Under the pieces are notes generated by a model. It was not told where the DNA came from, ran no database searches, and saw nothing but the letters and a program-made list of their open reading frames with translations. Position numbers and translations under genes: made by a program. 48,565 bases of DNA from Candidatus Bipolaricaulia bacterium (GTDB taxonomy: Bacteria; Bipolaricaulota; Bipolaricaulia; M55B111): contig JBDGQU010000158.1 of the NCBI GenBank assembly GCA_042218715.1, forward strand, positions 1 through 48,565, written 5' to 3'. Positions 46,678 through 48,565 of this stretch are shown here, in pieces (position 1 is the stretch's first letter; each line of letters opens with the position of its first letter).

Positions 46678-47517
46678 TCAAATACTTTCGAACTCCTCGT
46701 CAGGAATATTATAGGAGTGTTCTTCCGCGGGGAATACGCCTTCCTTGACCTCACTTTTATACTGCTGGAAAGCCTCTACCATATCTTCGCCCAGGTTAGC
46801 ATAACGCTTGACGAATTTTGGCTTGAACAGATCGAACAGGCCAAGTATATCATGGACTATGAGAAGTTCTCCGTCAGTAGATTCTCCAGCCCCGATCCCG
46901 TAAATTGGAACTTCGACTTCCCCATATATTAATTCCGTTACTCGGGAAGGCACGGCTTCCAGGAGTATGGCAAAGGCACCTGCACCTTCCAGTGCTTTGG
47001 CGTCTTCGATTAGCTCTCTGGCCGTTTCGGCGTCCCTGCCCTGGCTTTTGTAGCCACCTAACTGGGCTGCGGATTGGGGAGTCATACCTATATGCCCTAC
47101 GACGGGTATTCCCGCGTCCACTATTGCCTCTACCCTTGGGGTCATGCGCTTACCGCCCTCTAACTTCACGCAGTCGGCGCCGCATTCACCCATTAACCTT
47201 CCTGCACTTTCTATTGCCTTTTCGCTGGAAGGCTGGTAACTCATGTAGGGCATATCTCCTACTACGAACGTCTTGTCGGTGGCCCTAGTTACTGCCTTAG
47301 TCATTACAGCCATCTCGTCCATAGTGACGGGCAGAGTGGAATCGTAACCTAATAGAGTCATGCCGCCCGAATCACCAACAAGGATCATCTCTATACCCGC
47401 TTTCTCTTCGTACTGGGCGGTGGGATAATCGTAAGCGGTAAGCCAGGATATCTTTTCACCCCGGTCTTTCTTCTCGTAAAGATAGTTAATGTTTACCTCT
47501 TCTCGTTCTTCTGACAT
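46678..47517 (-). CDS. panB: 3-methyl-2-oxobutanoate hydroxymethyltransferase
   Basis: LTAYDYPTA, ILVGDSGGMTLLGY, VKLEGG and GHIGMTPQS motifs. Confidence 0.9.
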   Translation of the reverse strand: MSEEREEVNINYLYEKKDRGEKISWLTAYDYPTAQYEEKAGIEMILVGDSGGMTLLGYDSTLPVTMDEMAVMTKAVTRATDKTFVVGDMPYMSYQPSSEKAIESAGRLMGECGADCVKLEGGKRMTPRVEAIVDAGIPVVGHIGMTPQSAAQLGGYKSQGRDAETARELIEDAKALEGAGAFAILLEAVPSRVTELIYGEVEVPIYGIGAGESTDGELLIVHDILGLFDLFKPKFVKRYANLGEDMVEAFQQYKSEVKEGVFPAEEHSYNIPDEEFESI

Positions 47518-47609
47518 AGGTAAAACCTCCGGTTTTTTAGATTATTATTCTGTCAAGATCGTGTAGCATTACATGTAAAAGCCTGATTAACCAGGGAAAG
47601 AGAGCTGAG

Positions 47610-47667
47610 CTCAGTTCTTTCATCATTATATGAAAACGAGGCGGAAATTCATGAGCGGTAAGTTAAT
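47610..47667 (+). repeat. MITE-like element, copy D: well-conserved left TIR only, with a degenerate interior possibly extending to ~47785
   Basis: ctcagttctttcatcattatatgaaaacgaggcggaaattcatgagcggtaagttaat is the reverse complement of the right arms of copies A and C. Downstream, aaaatcctgg...ggttag weakly matches the hairpin loop and 3' arm. Confidence 0.5.
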
Positions 47668-47812
47668 TTTTTTGGCCTGAAAGTTTCTTCTTTTGGTCTG
47701 AGCTAATATCATCTATTATTAAGCGGCAAAATATAAACAGCTATTACTGAAAAATCCTGGAATAAATAACGGTTAGAATCGAAACAGAGCATTTGCTTAA
47801 AGGGAGGCAAAA

Positions 47813-48331
47813 ATGAAAGACAAGCTGGACTCTGTAGATCTAAAACTTATTATCGGTTATTCTATCGACTCAGAAAGGAAATCGAAGGAATTCTACGAAA
47901 AGTTCGTTGAATCCGGGAAAGGTCAGCTGGTTCCGAGAAGGTTCAAAAGTTTAATGGAGGACGAACAACTCCATAGAGAAAAACTGCTCTCGTTGCACGA
48001 GAAACTTTACGGGAACGAGAACTACGTAGTGCCCGAGAAAGGAACTTTACCTCCTCACGAGGACTTCGAAAACCTAAAGAACGTCGAAAACCTAATCGAC
48101 GCACTGGATAAAGCAATTACCAACGAATACAACGCAATTAGAATATACGAGTACCTGGCCGATAATTACGACAAGGGTTCAGACTTATTTGGATACCTGG
48201 CAGCTATGGAACACGGACATTACGAATCCCTGAAAGAGGAAAAAAATCTTTACGAGAGAAACGCCGAAAACACTGACCAAGAAGGGTTATCGGAAGGTAT
48301 TTGGAAGAGACTGGGATTCGAGGGAATGTAG
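47813..48331 (+). CDS. Ferritin-like / rubrerythrin-family diiron protein (no rubredoxin domain)
   Basis: Two E-x-x-H motifs (EDEQLH and MEHGHYE) in a ~170-aa helical protein. GGGAGG RBS upstream. Confidence 0.65.
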   Translation: MKDKLDSVDLKLIIGYSIDSERKSKEFYEKFVESGKGQLVPRRFKSLMEDEQLHREKLLSLHEKLYGNENYVVPEKGTLPPHEDFENLKNVENLIDALDKAITNEYNAIRIYEYLADNYDKGSDLFGYLAAMEHGHYESLKEEKNLYERNAENTDQEGLSEGIWKRLGFEGM

Positions 48332-48565
48332 AGGAAATGTAACCTGGAACGACCTGTAGGTCGGTCTCAAAGAGCCAAAATGTAATCACCTGACCGGGCT
48401 AATTAGTTTCTCAAGCCTATCACTGCGACTTTAGTCCCAACAGCAAGGCTACTTACTGGAACATTTTCCTATTAGGTTGGTTTACCGAAGATCATTAATT
48501 ATCATTCTCCCGATTTAGTTTAAAAGCGGAGGGGCGCTAGTGTATGCGGGATTATCTGAACCGGT

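Noticed and set aside
1-48565. Scan of all intergenic regions for tRNA, rRNA, tmRNA or RNase P-like genes and for tandem or CRISPR arrays.
   Set aside because: I saw no T-loop (GGTTCGAATCC-like) or cloverleaf candidates, and no tandem arrays. This was a by-eye scan only, so small RNAs could have been missed.

Overview
This 48.5-kb window looks like a bacterial chromosome. The Tat, LCP, RsfS, PgsA and PhoH-PgpH genes argue for Bacteria, but the lineage cannot be assigned from sequence alone. A few genes have an archaeal flavour: a Dcd-type dUTPase, AMMECR1 and a Cys-rich HTH regulator. About 48 protein genes are densely packed; I found no rRNA, tRNA, CRISPR array, transposase or phage genes.

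Gene content in order:
- tatC-tatA-tatC plus an HTH protein and cysS, then pgsA, rsfS and an LCP protein.
- AMMECR1, a MiaB/MtaB-type methylthiotransferase, phoH and a 7TM-HD (PgpH-like) protein.
- trkA-trkH, a cNMP-binding protein and a dUTPase.
- PadR with an ABC-2 exporter, followed by three uncharacterised membrane proteins.
- kdpFABC, translationally coupled to a tandem-USP gene, then a DUF389 protein and a half-size permease.
- A long minus-strand cluster: acidic protein, Tat-signal protein, IPT/TIG-like protein, Tat-signal binding protein, a Liv-type ABC transporter and anchorless sdhAB.
- A Cys-rich HTH regulator, the complete overlapping trpEGDCFBA operon, panB and a ferritin-like protein.

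Most notable non-genic signals:
1. A multi-copy MITE-like element with long terminal inverted repeats and a ~100-nt central hairpin. It has 4-5 copies, all intergenic and all in the same orientation, and two copies share an 87/88-nt identical core.
2. A classical-looking trp attenuator: sigma70 promoter, a 29-codon leader peptide ending FWLWYN, and an intrinsic terminator. A strong SD+ATG just before trpE is out of frame with it.
3. kdpFABC is a G+C-rich compositional island with no kdpDE.

I could not identify a clearly novel protein system. The best candidate is the uncharacterised Tat-linked gene trio at 35.7-38.6 kb. All homology calls come from motif recognition by eye, not database searches.
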